DNA of 63,459 nucleotides, filler included, from Bonamia ostreae (Eukaryota): NCBI GenBank assembly GCA_040357525.1. It is 35 parts of 35 records of this genome, joined end to end, with 100 filler letters (N's around TTAATTAATTAA, not from the genome) between each part and the next. Parts side by side here need not be neighbours in the genome. Positions count along the whole stretch, not along the records: positions 38,255 to 39,966 come from JBDODL010001413.1; positions 40,067 to 41,777 come from JBDODL010001414.1; positions 41,878 to 43,588 come from JBDODL010001415.1; positions 43,689 to 45,399 come from JBDODL010001416.1; positions 45,500 to 47,209 come from JBDODL010001417.1; positions 47,310 to 49,018 come from JBDODL010001418.1; positions 49,119 to 50,826 come from JBDODL010001419.1; 28 more parts are not named here. One strand, 5' to 3'. Shown piece by piece: positions 38,555 to 50,826 of this stretch (position 1 is its first letter; each line of letters starts with the position of its first letter). The notes under the pieces were generated by a model. It saw only the letters and a program-made list of their open reading frames with translations, ran no database searches and was not told where the DNA came from. The position numbers and the translations under genes were made by a program.

Positions 38555-39871
38555 ATGATCAACGATGAAATGCAGACAACCGCAAATAACCCACAACGAA
38601 AGCCCAACGAGAAACCAGAAAAGTTCAAAATTTAAGCTGCTCTTCTTATCTTTAGACTGTTCATCAAAAACATTCCAGCTGAATCCACAAAAGAGCAAAT
38701 AACGCTATTCTGCGCAAACTTTGGTGAAGTTTTAGATTGCGAGTTGCGGCCAAGTCGCAAGGACAATAGATTTGCGACAGCAAAAGTTGTTTACGCGACT
38801 GCCGATAACGTCAAGTTTGCAATGACGCAAATCAACTCGATGAAGAACGAAGACATCAATTTGGAAGCGAGCATTTTCATAGAGCCACAAAGCGAAAATC
38901 TTTCAGAGAACATTGTTGAAAGTTTTCAAGTTCTAAAATAGTTTCCAATATGCCCGAAAATATGTCTTTCAATGACGTGATTCGTCTTTTTTCAACTTAT
39001 GGCGAAATAAGAGGAATGAATATCAACAACGATAATCCGTCTTTCAGAATTGGATACGTCAACTACAAAAATCCAGAATCCGCAAAATCGGCAGTTTCCG
39101 AATTGAAAGATTTCAAAACCGAAGATGTTTCATTTTTAATTGATTTTTTTGGACGTGATTTAAAATTTTGGCAATTTTGAAAAATCGCTTTTTTATTAAA
39201 TCAAATTTTTAACAATTTTGAAAAATCACTTTTTTATTAAATCAAATTTTGAAATTTTTAATAATTTTGAAAAATCGCTTTTTTATAAATAAAATTTTGA
39301 AATTTTAACAATTTTGAAACAAAAGATGACAACACCGCTGCAAATCCGATTTGCGCGCAAAAAAAACTTTTCGCCATCCACCAAAACTAACTTTACCAAC
39401 CTCAACAGCCGCAACATTTTGCTCACCAACATTCCAATGGAATGGGACGAACCAATGCTGTCCAAACTCCTCAGCGACTGCGGCACTGTGATTTGGGCCA
39501 AAATGGATCTGAACTTGAAACTGCGAAAAAAAGCCGCCACGGCCACTTTTGAAGACCCCGAAACAGCGAGAAACGCGGTTCAGAGACTCAACGGGTTGTC
39601 TGTCGACAACAAAGATCGCAAACTGTCCGCGCGAATAGTCAGTGAAACTCGGGCGCAAGACGGAAGAACGGTGGAAACCGGAGACAGTTGCAAGTACTTT
39701 GACCGAGGCTATTGTTACCGAGGCTCGAACTGCTGGTTTGCTCACGAAAATCGAGAAAATTTTGACGGTAAAAGCGCACCGCGGTACAGAACGCGTTATT
39801 TGGGCGGCGGAGTGACCGAAGAAGTGAGTTCGAAAGGGCACGCGTTTTTTACAACAAAGAACAAGAAATAA
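38555..39871 (+). CDS. RNA-binding protein with three RRMs and a C-terminal CCCH zinc finger; introns 38623-38655, 38922-38941, 39127-39325
   Basis: RNP2-like LFIKNIP, VEISNMP and ILLTNIP; RNP1-like RIGYVNY; CCCH finger CKYFDRGYCYRGSNCWFAH. Confidence 0.85.
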
Positions 39872-42800
39872 AAAATTTACTCTGGCGCATTGTTTAAAAT
39901 GTCTGTTTCTGTGACGCAGTTTGTCCATTGACAACGGCGTTGTAGTTCGCTTGTTTGACGACCCAGNNNNNNNNNNNNNNNNNNNNNNNNNNNNNNNNNN
40001 NNNNNNNNNNTTAATTAATTAANNNNNNNNNNNNNNNNNNNNNNNNNNNNNNNNNNNNNNNNNNNNACCTGATGCGTAAAACTACATGGTATTTTTTCGG
40101 ATAGGAAAACGCTTTCTTACAATTATCAAATTTGTATTGACGTTGACTGCAATTGATACATTGCAATCTTGGAAAATGAGACATCATGTTTTTACTTCAC
40201 ACCTTCTTTGAATCTACATGTATAGAAGTAATTAGTCGATAATTTCAAAATACTAAAGCACCTTTGGGAATATTTTATGATATATACAATGTAGAGACAA
40301 AGATAGCCCCAGGTGGAGTCCAACATATTTCGACTAGGTAGTTTAATATGCGTTTCGGGTCATATCTCCGAGAGGACTCTTTCGATGCCAAACCATATTT
40401 TGACACTAGACCCGAGTTTTAAAGGTGTCATCTAAGACACCCGAGAGTCTTCTTGGCATCGAACCCAGATTTCCCACACATGATTCAAGTGTTCCACAGA
40501 ATGTCATGTCGCGGTAATGATTAAAACGGATGTGAGACTGCGTCAGGATACATCCGAATCAATTTGAAAGTTTTCAGTTTTGTTGGTTTTTTTTTTTNNN
40601 NNNNNNNTTACAGATTTTCATAAATTAGTATATATTCCCAATTGCGAAACTGGTGATCAGGCTTTGAACAAATATCCTGGTTTTCTCTTCTAACCCAATA
40701 CATCTTTAAGAAACCCATCTCACTTCACTTTCCCTTAACTATCATCCTTGAAAGGGACATGGGTTTTAGATTAAACACACTTGAATGTTTATCGGTTTTA
40801 AAAGGTAAAGACGTGAAAAGTTTACAGACGACAGAAGAGCGAAAAACGTTAATAAGAAAATATCTAATGTGGAATAAATTCGCTACTCGTTACTACAATC
40901 CTGCTTAAATGCAAAAAGTTATCCCTGTAGTTTCAATTACCTTTCTCCTGATACATTTTGTTCTGAAAATACAAACAAGAATTACATGAAAAACCTTGAC
41001 ATATTCAATCGAGAAAATACAAATGTTGTACCAAAAGCAATGTACATTATATCTTAATTTAATTCAGCTACAAGAAAGACAATTATATACAATTATATTT
41101 TAGTAACAGAGATCACGTACAATACAATGTTTCATTTTCTGTCTAATATTTAAGCTTATTTCAATTATATGACATCAGAATTGACATAGTTTAGTTTATA
41201 TGCGTTTTTCTATCCATACACACAGAGGCCAGCTGTCTACAGAAAACCAACATCCATTAACTTTTGAAGTGCACTGAAAAGAAAATTATCGGGCATAAAT
41301 ATAAATTTTGCCCACACTTACGCTAGGTGTTTAAACCTTCTCAGATATATCCCTTGATGAAAAGGTGGGGATATATAACGTATCAATACATAAATCCTAT
41401 GAGAAATTCTTTCGATTCCCCTTCTTTTACTAATACCGTTACTCCAAATAACGGTAGAGAATGTACCAGAAGAAGAGGTAATTTATACTTCAACTTACCT
41501 GCCATTGGTATATTGCATTCATCTTTAGTTAAATCGCTGATGTTATCATTTTTGTTTCTGCAAGAAATTATCTTATTAGTTAATCAGGTATTTCTTTACT
41601 ACTGATTTCCGTGGTAACTAGTAGAATACTAGAATCCAGATTAAATTTACGCTGAAATGAATTGGAATAATGATTTCAACTACACCATCTGAAAACAAGA
41701 TTTTCAAGATGAAAATATATCAATGCCGAATATCAGGATGTCTATATACAAGTCCTGTAACATTGTGTAGTACGAATNNNNNNNNNNNNNNNNNNNNNNN
41801 NNNNNNNNNNNNNNNNNNNNNTTAATTAATTAANNNNNNNNNNNNNNNNNNNNNNNNNNNNNNNNNNNNNNNNNNNNAATGCTGAATGGGGTAAACTATT
41901 TAAAAATAGGTTTTAAGAACATGGTTTTTTTTTTTGGCTTACGTACATGCATCATCAAGTTGATTAATACAAATTTACCTGGAAGTGTTTTGATAAGTAT
42001 ATACCTCATAGATGTATTTTCTTAATCGAAATACAGAATGATGTCCATTGACATTTAGTATGTTTGCAAAGTCCCAACTTGCTTTCATATCCACACCAGT
42101 GAATCCAATTGTCTAATTGGGGTATCTAAGTGTACCTACACCAACAAGTTAACTCCTTATTCATTTAAGTTCGCTTTAGTGCGGCTAAACATAAAAGACA
42201 TGTATTACGTCACGTCAGACGACAGGCATACCAATATAACATTTTCATACCAAATTTTCATTGTTGAATATGTAAATGATTATAACGAGAAACAGCGAAT
42301 ATTCACTATTTTTGCATCAAATATACAAATGAGACTAATGTATGCTATTTTGTAATATTTTATATACATTGCCCTAACGCCTGTCGTGACACAGTCGCTT
42401 TTCTCAAGGTTCCATTCAAAACAGTCGTGACTTATGTATACCTGAGTGATGCACTGACTAACTTACCTGTCTCTCACAGCTGCGACCCACGACCAATCAG
42501 TGGCTGCATGTTGTTGTCCGCTTCTACATTTGCCTTTTCCCCTGTTATTTTGTTTCCTCTGACACCAATGATCCGTTCACCCCAATATCCGACCAGACGA
42601 AGATTATTGATGCAAGTTGTATAATTTGGCTGTTAATCTTTGTTAGATAAAGTTTTAACGACCTAAAAGCATGCGGAGAATGAAAAGTTATTGGATATAG
42701 TTTACGGCTTTAGTTTGAGTAGGACGCAAATCAACAACCTATGCGCATCGACATTAACACATTAACCACTGAACCATAGTGGCTTGTATACGGGTAGAAC

Positions 42801-43688
42801 ATACCGAAATAAGTTATGTGTACTGTACACGTACCATAATAAGCCTATTGGTAATATCCCTAAATGTTGATCTCATATTGTGACCCCAACCTAGCCCTAA
42901 ATGTTCTTGTCATGCCCATATACAAGGCCAACAATCACGGTAGGAAATGTAAGGTTTTTCTATGAGGAATCTATATATAGCACAGGGAAGCCCTACCTTA
43001 AATAGTTTAGATAATGTTGCCCAGGTTATTTTTTCTAAGAAGTAGGTCATGATCCAATGGCAATGTTACACGGTTATACCTTGCAACCAATAAAAACATG
43101 CTGTCACAAATGGGAAAAGTATATTATGTAACATTCAAAACTCACAAACAAGGTTAAAGTTTCAATATTTGGACCCGTCCTCAAAGTCAAGACATTATGT
43201 TTCTTTGCCATACAGAATTTACATTCAAAATAAAAAATATTATCTTAGATAGTTCAGAGATATTTCCCAAGTGAGGTTTTCTTAAAAGTAGTTCTATGAC
43301 ACAATGTTAAATACTTGGTACCGAAAGAAGGTATTGTCACAGTGAATGCATATATGAAGTTTAGATACACAGGACAAAACAATGAATATTCGATCAATAT
43401 AAAATTAGTAAATATGACACTTTTAAAATATGTCATTACGTCGCCAAAACCAATTTCGCTATGCAAATGTTTAATAGTTAGATGAAATTAGGAATATTCA
43501 ATATATGAAAAGGTAAACCCTTTCTACTGACACTTAATCATATCAGTCACGTGCCCTGATTATATACTTTTTACAAAGTTCCTGCAATNNNNNNNNNNNN
43601 NNNNNNNNNNNNNNNNNNNNNNNNNNNNNNNNTTAATTAATTAANNNNNNNNNNNNNNNNNNNNNNNNNNNNNNNNNNNNNNNNNNNN

Positions 43689-44682
43689 GTCGTCTTTTTT
43701 AAGGCAAAATATTTTAATCGAATTTGCTGTTGGAAACCTCCCACAGCGAAAACTCTTTTCCCGTCCGCCGAAAAACAAGCCTGTCGCACTGTCCCATTGA
43801 TCCTGATTCTGTTCGTCTCTTTTTGAGAGACGGCGTCGAAAATTCGCACCGAACCAAAATCTTCCGTCAGCGCAAAGTTTGTGTACGTCGGCGAAACAAG
43901 CAATTTCCCGCCATTTTTCACATTTCCACGGAATGTCTTAATTGTGTCAACACTGCCATTTGAAAAGTTGTAGACCATAAAATAACTTGTCTTTCCGGAA
44001 ATCAAAATCTTTTCGCCTTTTTCGATAAATTTGGCGCTCACAATCGGCATTTGTTTTATTATGATGCAGTGCGATCTTTCGAAAGCGTCGCCATTAAACT
44101 TTTTGTTTTTAAGAAAACGTTATAAATCAAAATCTGTTTAGCTTGTCTGTGCGCGATAAGAAAACTTAATGTCTCTGGATGAAAATCAACGCATGAAACT
44201 TCGGACTAATTGTTTAATTATAGGAAAAAGTTTTTTGGCTTTAAATATGGAGACGACAAGAAAGAACATTAAAAGACCTTTTTGCTGCCATCATTGTAGA
44301 ACGTTTGTATATTGACAACGGATAAAATGTCTTTTTTTAGCTCTTTCGGATTTTCTTTAATAAGTTTTGAGTCTGTTTTAATGCGGTTTTTAAATTTGCG
44401 TTTAGACTTTTCGGAGAGAATTCTGGCCCATTTTGGAGTGTGCGCTTCAATCTGATCTTTCGGGGCTTCGTCCTCCGAATCGCTCCAAACGTCTTTTGGT
44501 CTTTCGCTTTCGGAAGAGTATTCCGAGAATTCGCTTATTCCTGAAAGAAAGCCATTTGCTTTTTCGAAAGCCGTTTGTTCGCCATTTGTGTCCAAATTGC
44601 CGAGCAAAGCGCCTTCAAGTTCAAGTTCTCTACTTGACTTATTGTTGTTCAAATTTCCCTTTTTGTCGATCACAAACGCCAT
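43689..44682 (-). CDS. UTP18: U3 snoRNA-associated WD40 protein UTP18, 5' part; introns 44206-44277, 44099-44118, 43694-43737
   Basis: ELEGALLG, VWSDSEDE, TPKWA, VSCVDFHP, MPIVSAKF and RINGTVRQACFSADGK are UTP18 hallmarks. Confidence 0.85.
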
Positions 44683-44758
44683 CTTCGCGATTCTGTTTAT
44701 TATAGTCAAACGCACTATATTTTCCCAATTGTTCGAACTTTAAGCTGATCTGTTAATA

Positions 44759-45360
44759 ATGGGGAAACATGGCCAACTGATCATGGGACCTGCTGGAGTC
44801 GGAAAAGTTTTCTTAAAGTTAAAGCTTAGTCGACATATTGCAAAATAATGTCCGAGCATTTCGAAGTCTCGAAAAGGAAAGTTAATGTCGTCAATCTCGA
44901 CCCAGCAGCCGAAAAGTTCGACTATCCTCTTTTGGCCGATATCCGCGATTTGATTTCTGTAGACGACGCTTCTGAGCTCTTAAAACTGGGACCGAACGGC
45001 AGTTTAGTTTTTTGCATGGTTTCTAAAAATAGCGCCAAATCAATTTTACTATAAAAAAATAAAATTTGGAAAAAAAATTTTGGCTAAATTTTTCGAAAAT
45101 TTAGGAATATTTGGTCGAAAATATCGATTGGCTTTTAGATTCGATAGGAAATTACGAAGACGACTACATTTTATTTGACTGTCCCGGCCAAATTGAATTG
45201 TATTCTCATTATCCAGTTATGCGCCAGATAATCGATCAAATCAAAAATTTGTTATTTTATGAAAAGTTTAAAAAAAGGGGATACAACATCTGCGCTGTTT
45301 ATTTGTTGGATTCGTTATTTATGACCGAATCAGCAAAATTTTTAGCCGGATCATTAGCTT
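44759..45360 (+). CDS. GPN3: GPN-loop GTPase 3, 5' part; introns 44807-44829, 45019-45104, 45251-45277
   Basis: [39 protein letters not shown] and [16 protein letters not shown]. Confidence 0.93.
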
Positions 45361-47309
45361 GTTTTCTCTCGTTAAAATTTGAAAATTTTAAAAAATTTAN
45401 NNNNNNNNNNNNNNNNNNNNNNNNNNNNNNNNNNNNNNNNNNNTTAATTAATTAANNNNNNNNNNNNNNNNNNNNNNNNNNNNNNNNNNNNNNNNNNNNT
45501 TTAAAGCAATAAATATAGTACATATCTTAAAACAGTACATCAAAATATAAACATTATCATTAAATGAGTCTCTTCGTTGTTTCATCTGGCGGTGAAAGCT
45601 AGCACTTTTTGCAATTAAAAAAAGAAAGAAAAAAAAAGAATACATCACGGTTTTGCAGGTTATCGTGGTTTTCTACAATGCTATCAATAATCATTTTTCA
45701 ATTTGAGCTACATTCATTATCTACATTTGAAGCAGACAATGCGGCGTTTCACTTCCTCTTAAAAGAAAATCATATCATATATATGGTAAAATAAATGTGT
45801 CCTGACAACAACAGGCCGTGGACATACTACATATTCAATTAGATGAAATTTCAAGACAGGAGCTGATGTTGATGCAGATCATACCCCGCTGTTTGTTGAG
45901 GTTCGGGTTTACTCTGATGTCGAATAATAAAGTAATATCCATGTGAGCTCTTAATGATTATGGAATTGATGTTAAGTTATCCTACATTGGTCTTTTCCTG
46001 TACATGACAAATCTTATCAATTAAATGAAGTGTACTATCTGTAAAAATATGGTATAATGATAAGAAAGACAATTAATAACTGATTGATTATGCATCAGAT
46101 GTTAACTTACTTCCACAGTAGCAATTTTGTGTAAATAAGAAATATTATCAATTAAATCAAGTGTAATGTCTGTAAAAATGTGAATTAATGATAATAAAAA
46201 CAGTCATTATTCTTTGACAAGAACAGAGTGGTAAATGTTTTTCGCGTCCATTTCTTTGTCTCTCTGTCGATGTTTCGGTCATTTTTTGTTTTTGTTTTTT
46301 GTGTGTTCTTTCTCTGTATTAATTAGATAAAGTTGTATTTCAAAATATGTTTAAAGATCAGATCCTGCGTTGTTGGAGCTGAAATATTAAAAGTATTCCG
46401 TATAACTATATTCAATGTACTCTGTTTAAGTATACTCAACTAGAATGCCTAAATTCATTTTCTAATGAATGACTATCTTTAGAAAACAATTGATACTAGG
46501 ATCGATGGGTATGTCCACAACATACTGAATTTATCTGTATTTCAGTTATTCAATGAAGGTACTATCACTGTCTATGGTGAAACCACGCCTTTGTGTGTCA
46601 GATTGTAGCATATATTCAAAACTGTTGACAAGATGAAATTCATTTCATACCGTGGAGCAACATACGACCATTCATTTTAACATGAGTATGTGTATACAAC
46701 TTTTGGACATTCGGTATATTGAGTTCTTTGAAACGCATACTGGTTTTTCGAGGAATTCTCACAGACACATAACACGCCTCTGATCTGAATTCATTTAGAC
46801 ATCATACATGCAAGCAATTAACCATTTACAAGGGTAATATGGTATACTTCTCTCACGTTCATTGTCCGTCTGTGTCTTGTGGTCCTTAGGGCTTTTGTTT
46901 AGTCCCCCGTCGCCTTTAAAAACAAAAATGACTCTGATCTTTCGTTGACTGAGCGATTCTTGGTAAACTATTTGATGGAATTCGTATTCGTATGTTTAAA
47001 TGTAATGCGCGGAGTGAATGCAGTTATAAATTTCTTAATTTCAGACAACAGTTCCGAGGAAAATGATTTTTATGCATATCATATTCCGCTGTTTGATGAG
47101 GTCCGGGTTTTCTCTCGTGTCAATTTATAAAAAAAAATATCCATGGGAACTCTTAATAATAGTCAAAAAACAAACAACGCTAATGGCATATATTTAAAGG
47201 AATATTATTNNNNNNNNNNNNNNNNNNNNNNNNNNNNNNNNNNNNNNNNNNNNTTAATTAATTAANNNNNNNNNNNNNNNNNNNNNNNNNNNNNNNNNNN
47301 NNNNNNNNN

Positions 47310-47840
47310 CATTAGATACCGTAAAATGTCAGTTTTTGTAAGAAAATTTCAAATTAAATTACCCGATGATTTTAGATTCAACCAGTTCGATTGAAAATTG
47401 AAAAACTTAAATTGTAAAGAATTTAATCATATAAATCAAGACAAACCAAAAATAAATTGGTTTGGCAAAGAACAATGTTTAATTTAATACTACTTATGTG
47501 CACTTTAATCATGCCTCATTGCGTGCCTCCGTCGAGAAAAGATATCAAAATCGATGGCACTGTTCCAGAACAAATAAAGGAAAACGAATCAATTTATGTA
47601 GGACTGATTTGTGTTAAATTCTTTGAATTTAGCCCTTTTGGCCACCTTTTCAAATTGACTTGTATAAAAAACGTTTTGGTTCTTAACAACACTCGAAATC
47701 TTTCTGTTAATGATATTTATTGTGGAAACAGAGGGGATCTGGTTATCAGTTTTGCGGGTTTGATTATTTCTGTTATATTAATCTCGGCGTGCTTTTTTTG
47801 TGTCAACAGCGATTTGCGTCACAAAATACATTTAGATTAA
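47310..47840 (+). CDS. Hypothetical protein with C-terminal hydrophobic segment, partial
   Basis: 127-aa ORF ending in LVISFAGLIISVILISACFFCV. No family recognised. Confidence 0.35.
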
Positions 47841-48157
47841 ATGATCTTTAGATTTTAACAAATTTCATTGTTAGTTTAAAGGGATTTTTCTATTCTCTCC
47901 ATTTTTTTTTCTGCTTTTCGAGAAAATTTTTTCATGACATCTTTGCGATTTAAAGATATTGTTTTTATATTCTTTGTTAAAGTCTTTTTTTTTTCTAGCG
48001 TTTTTACAACTTCAATTTGCAATACATTCAATTTTAATAAAATAAAACGACAAATTTTAATAAAACGACAAATTTTTATTAAAATAAAAAATCGAAAAAA
48101 ATTTTTATTAAAACGACAAATTTTTATTAAATTTGAAAATCAAACAATTTTAAAAAT

Positions 48158-49018
48158 TTAATCGTCGGCAAACCAAGTTGTTCCAAACGGCAAAGTGATT
48201 TTGTTCTCTTTGGGATAGCAACTTTTATTCACGCTGAGCACATGCGATGGATCATATCCTTTCGAAGGACTTTTCAACAATATCTAAATTATAAAAATAT
48301 TTGTTAAGAACCCCGCAAAATCTTGTGTGGACCAGCGGTTTCAATTCTCTCTTGAAAACGACCGAATCGACTTTTAGAATGTTTAGCATTTCTACAATTG
48401 TTATCGAATTTAGAGAATCCAACAATATCAGAATGCTCGCCTTTTTGTTCGCCGAATTTTCACAAATATTTTATTAAACAAATTTCCGAAAACAAAAATT
48501 TCAAATTTTTTATTAAACAAATTAACGAAAACAAAATTTTTACAAAAATTAATTCAAAAATGCAAATTTGCGAAGCTTGCAAAAACCTGTAAAGGCGAAG
48601 CTACAATTTTGACATTTCGACAATTATCAAAATCAGCGTTTATAACAACCGATCCGATGTTGTGACTAAAATTTAGTGTTTCTTTAAATCCAAAGTTTTG
48701 ACAGAAATCTCGAAAAAGAAGCGAGAAACTTTCCATCGCGCGCGGTTTTACGAAATGTTGTTTTTGGTGTTTTGGCCAATTCGAAGAAGACAGTAATTTT
48801 GGTCTTAGCAAATTTGGGATTTTGTTCATTTCCAAATAATCCTTATTTTATGTTTTGTTATTTTTGGCTGAATTTTCAGCGAAAAATTTTCAATTTTAGT
48901 TATTTTAATTCATCTAAACATTGAAGATGGAATCTAATTTTCGGCTGTCATCAATGTCTTTCAACATCCCATCTAATTTTTTCGTATTGACATTTCCAAG
49001 ATGTCTCTTCAAAATCGT
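48158..49018 (-). CDS. Cullin-homology domain protein (cullin/APC2-like), 3' part, several introns
   Basis: LKRHLGNVNTKKLDGMLKDIDDSRKL, LLSSSNWP and TLNFSHNIGSVVINADF..IVASPLQ match cullin-domain motifs. Confidence 0.7.
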
Positions 49019-49219
49019 NNNNNNNNNNNNNNNNNNNNNNNNNNNNNNNNNNNNNNNNNNNNTTAATTAATTAANNNNNNNNNNNNNNNNNNNNNNNNNN
49101 NNNNNNNNNNNNNNNNNNATTTAAAATATTGTTTTATTTAAAAAATTTTTTATTTAAAATTTTGTTTTTGTTTTATAATTTTTGTTAAAAATTTTGTTTT
49201 TATTTAAAATATTGTTTTT

Positions 49220-50245
49220 TTGGAAGGCGAAACATATGTGAAAGAATCATGGAACAACATTATCTTTATGACTATGTGCTTATCAACCCTTAAAATTCTT
49301 CCTGAGAAAACATTCGATTCGGAAGATTTCAAAACAGCCAACGGAAAAACATTTCCATCGTTGAAGAAAAGTATCCATTCATCAAATAAACAAAAATCCG
49401 GATTCTTCGCTTTTTTTGTTTTATTATAAAATTCAAAGTCGTCCACGAAAAGCGATAAAATCAAAAGTTCCGAAGAAAGCTTTAATCGAAAAACAGACAA
49501 AATAATGGAAAATCTGCAATTGGAAAAAATATTGCAGATATCTTTTCGGAGAACAAGTCTGTCGACAATCTGCAAAGTACTGACCTCTATTCTGCTCGAC
49601 AAATCGATAAAAGACGTTTTCTCGTACAATATTTGTCGTTTTCTGAACGAATCCGAGTGCATAATTTTTTGTCTTGACCGACTTTCTGATTTGGCTGAGA
49701 GAAACCGTTCCCATTTCGACGTTTTGTGGCCCGTGATCAGAGAAGATTTGTTCAAGATTCTTCAAAATATGAACAATGTCGATTATTTGACCGAACGAGC
49801 AGTGGTCAATGCTCTTCGCATTTTTATCGTCTATGCTTCCATCGATGTCCCGGTTCCGACGACAAATAATAATATCGACGAAAAAAATGGCGGAAGACTT
49901 GTTCAGATTTCGAACACTTCCGAAATGGCTAAAATTTTAACAAATTTAATATCGATCGACGCAAAATTGCTCTCGTTTTTTTACGATCGATTTGTTTCGT
50001 TTTTGATCGTTTTGACCAACGTTTACGATTACAAACCTTTTATTCCGCCGGAAACAGAAGTCTTTTTCGCTTTCTTGGCCAAACTTGCGATTTTAGACAA
50101 AAGCAAAACTGATTTGATTTTGGTTGTTGACAAAATTTTATCGGAAAAAATTGATTCCAAAGTTGTTCTGACGAGCGCTGATTTGGTTGTTGTTTTATCC
50201 GAGTTTTTATTATTTTGCCCGCAAAGCAAATTTAGAAATATATGA
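49220..50245 (+). CDS. Large ARF-GEF (GBF1/GNOM-like), HDS region, internal fragment; intron 49418-49438
   Basis: IFCLDRLSDLAERNRSHFDVLWPVI...LTERAVVNALRI resembles GBF1 FCLELL...NRDR...LW...LVERAVVGLLRL. ESWNNII lies upstream. Confidence 0.72.
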
Positions 50246-50529
50246 TTTTTGACACAAATGTTAAATTTTTAATGCGAATTCGTTTTTTGTATTATTTTAA
50301 CAAAAAACAAAGAAAAACGGAAAAATTGGATTTTAAAAGTGTGGAGATTCTGAAAAAAAATTTGGAAAAACTTTCCGATAAAAGAAAATTTGTTCAAGTT
50401 TTTAAAATTGAATTTAGAAAGAAAAGCGGAACGGATTTTTAAAGCAATTATTAAAAGCTAATTACGCTTTACTAATTTCAGACAACCAACAAATCGATTC
50501 TATTAAATTTTCTGTTTTATCAAATTTTG

Positions 50530-50826
50530 ATGTTTTTCAAAATTTTTTAATTGTCAAAAGAACAAATTTTTTTATTATTAAAAGAACAAAATATTTTATT
50601 GTTAAAAGAACAAATTTTTTAATTGTCAAAAGAACAAAATTTTTTATTATTAAAAGAACAAAATTTTTTATTAATAAAAGAACAAAATATTTTATTGTTA
50701 AAAGAACAAATTTTTTTATTATTAAAAGAACAAAATTTTTTATTATTAAAAGAACAAAATATTTTATTGTTAAAAGAACAAATTTTTTTATTATTAAAAG
50801 AACAAAATATTTTATTGTTAAAAGAA
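50530..50826. repeat. Minisatellite, 27-bp unit x ~11
   Basis: aaaagaacaaaat(a/t)ttttatt(a/g)tt is repeated. Confidence 0.93.

Noticed and set aside
44807-44829. U12-type (minor) introns, since GTTTTCTT resembles GTATCCTT
   Set aside because: Positions beyond +4 are not conserved across introns, there is no consistent TCCTTAAC branch site, and no AT-AC intron was needed in any model.
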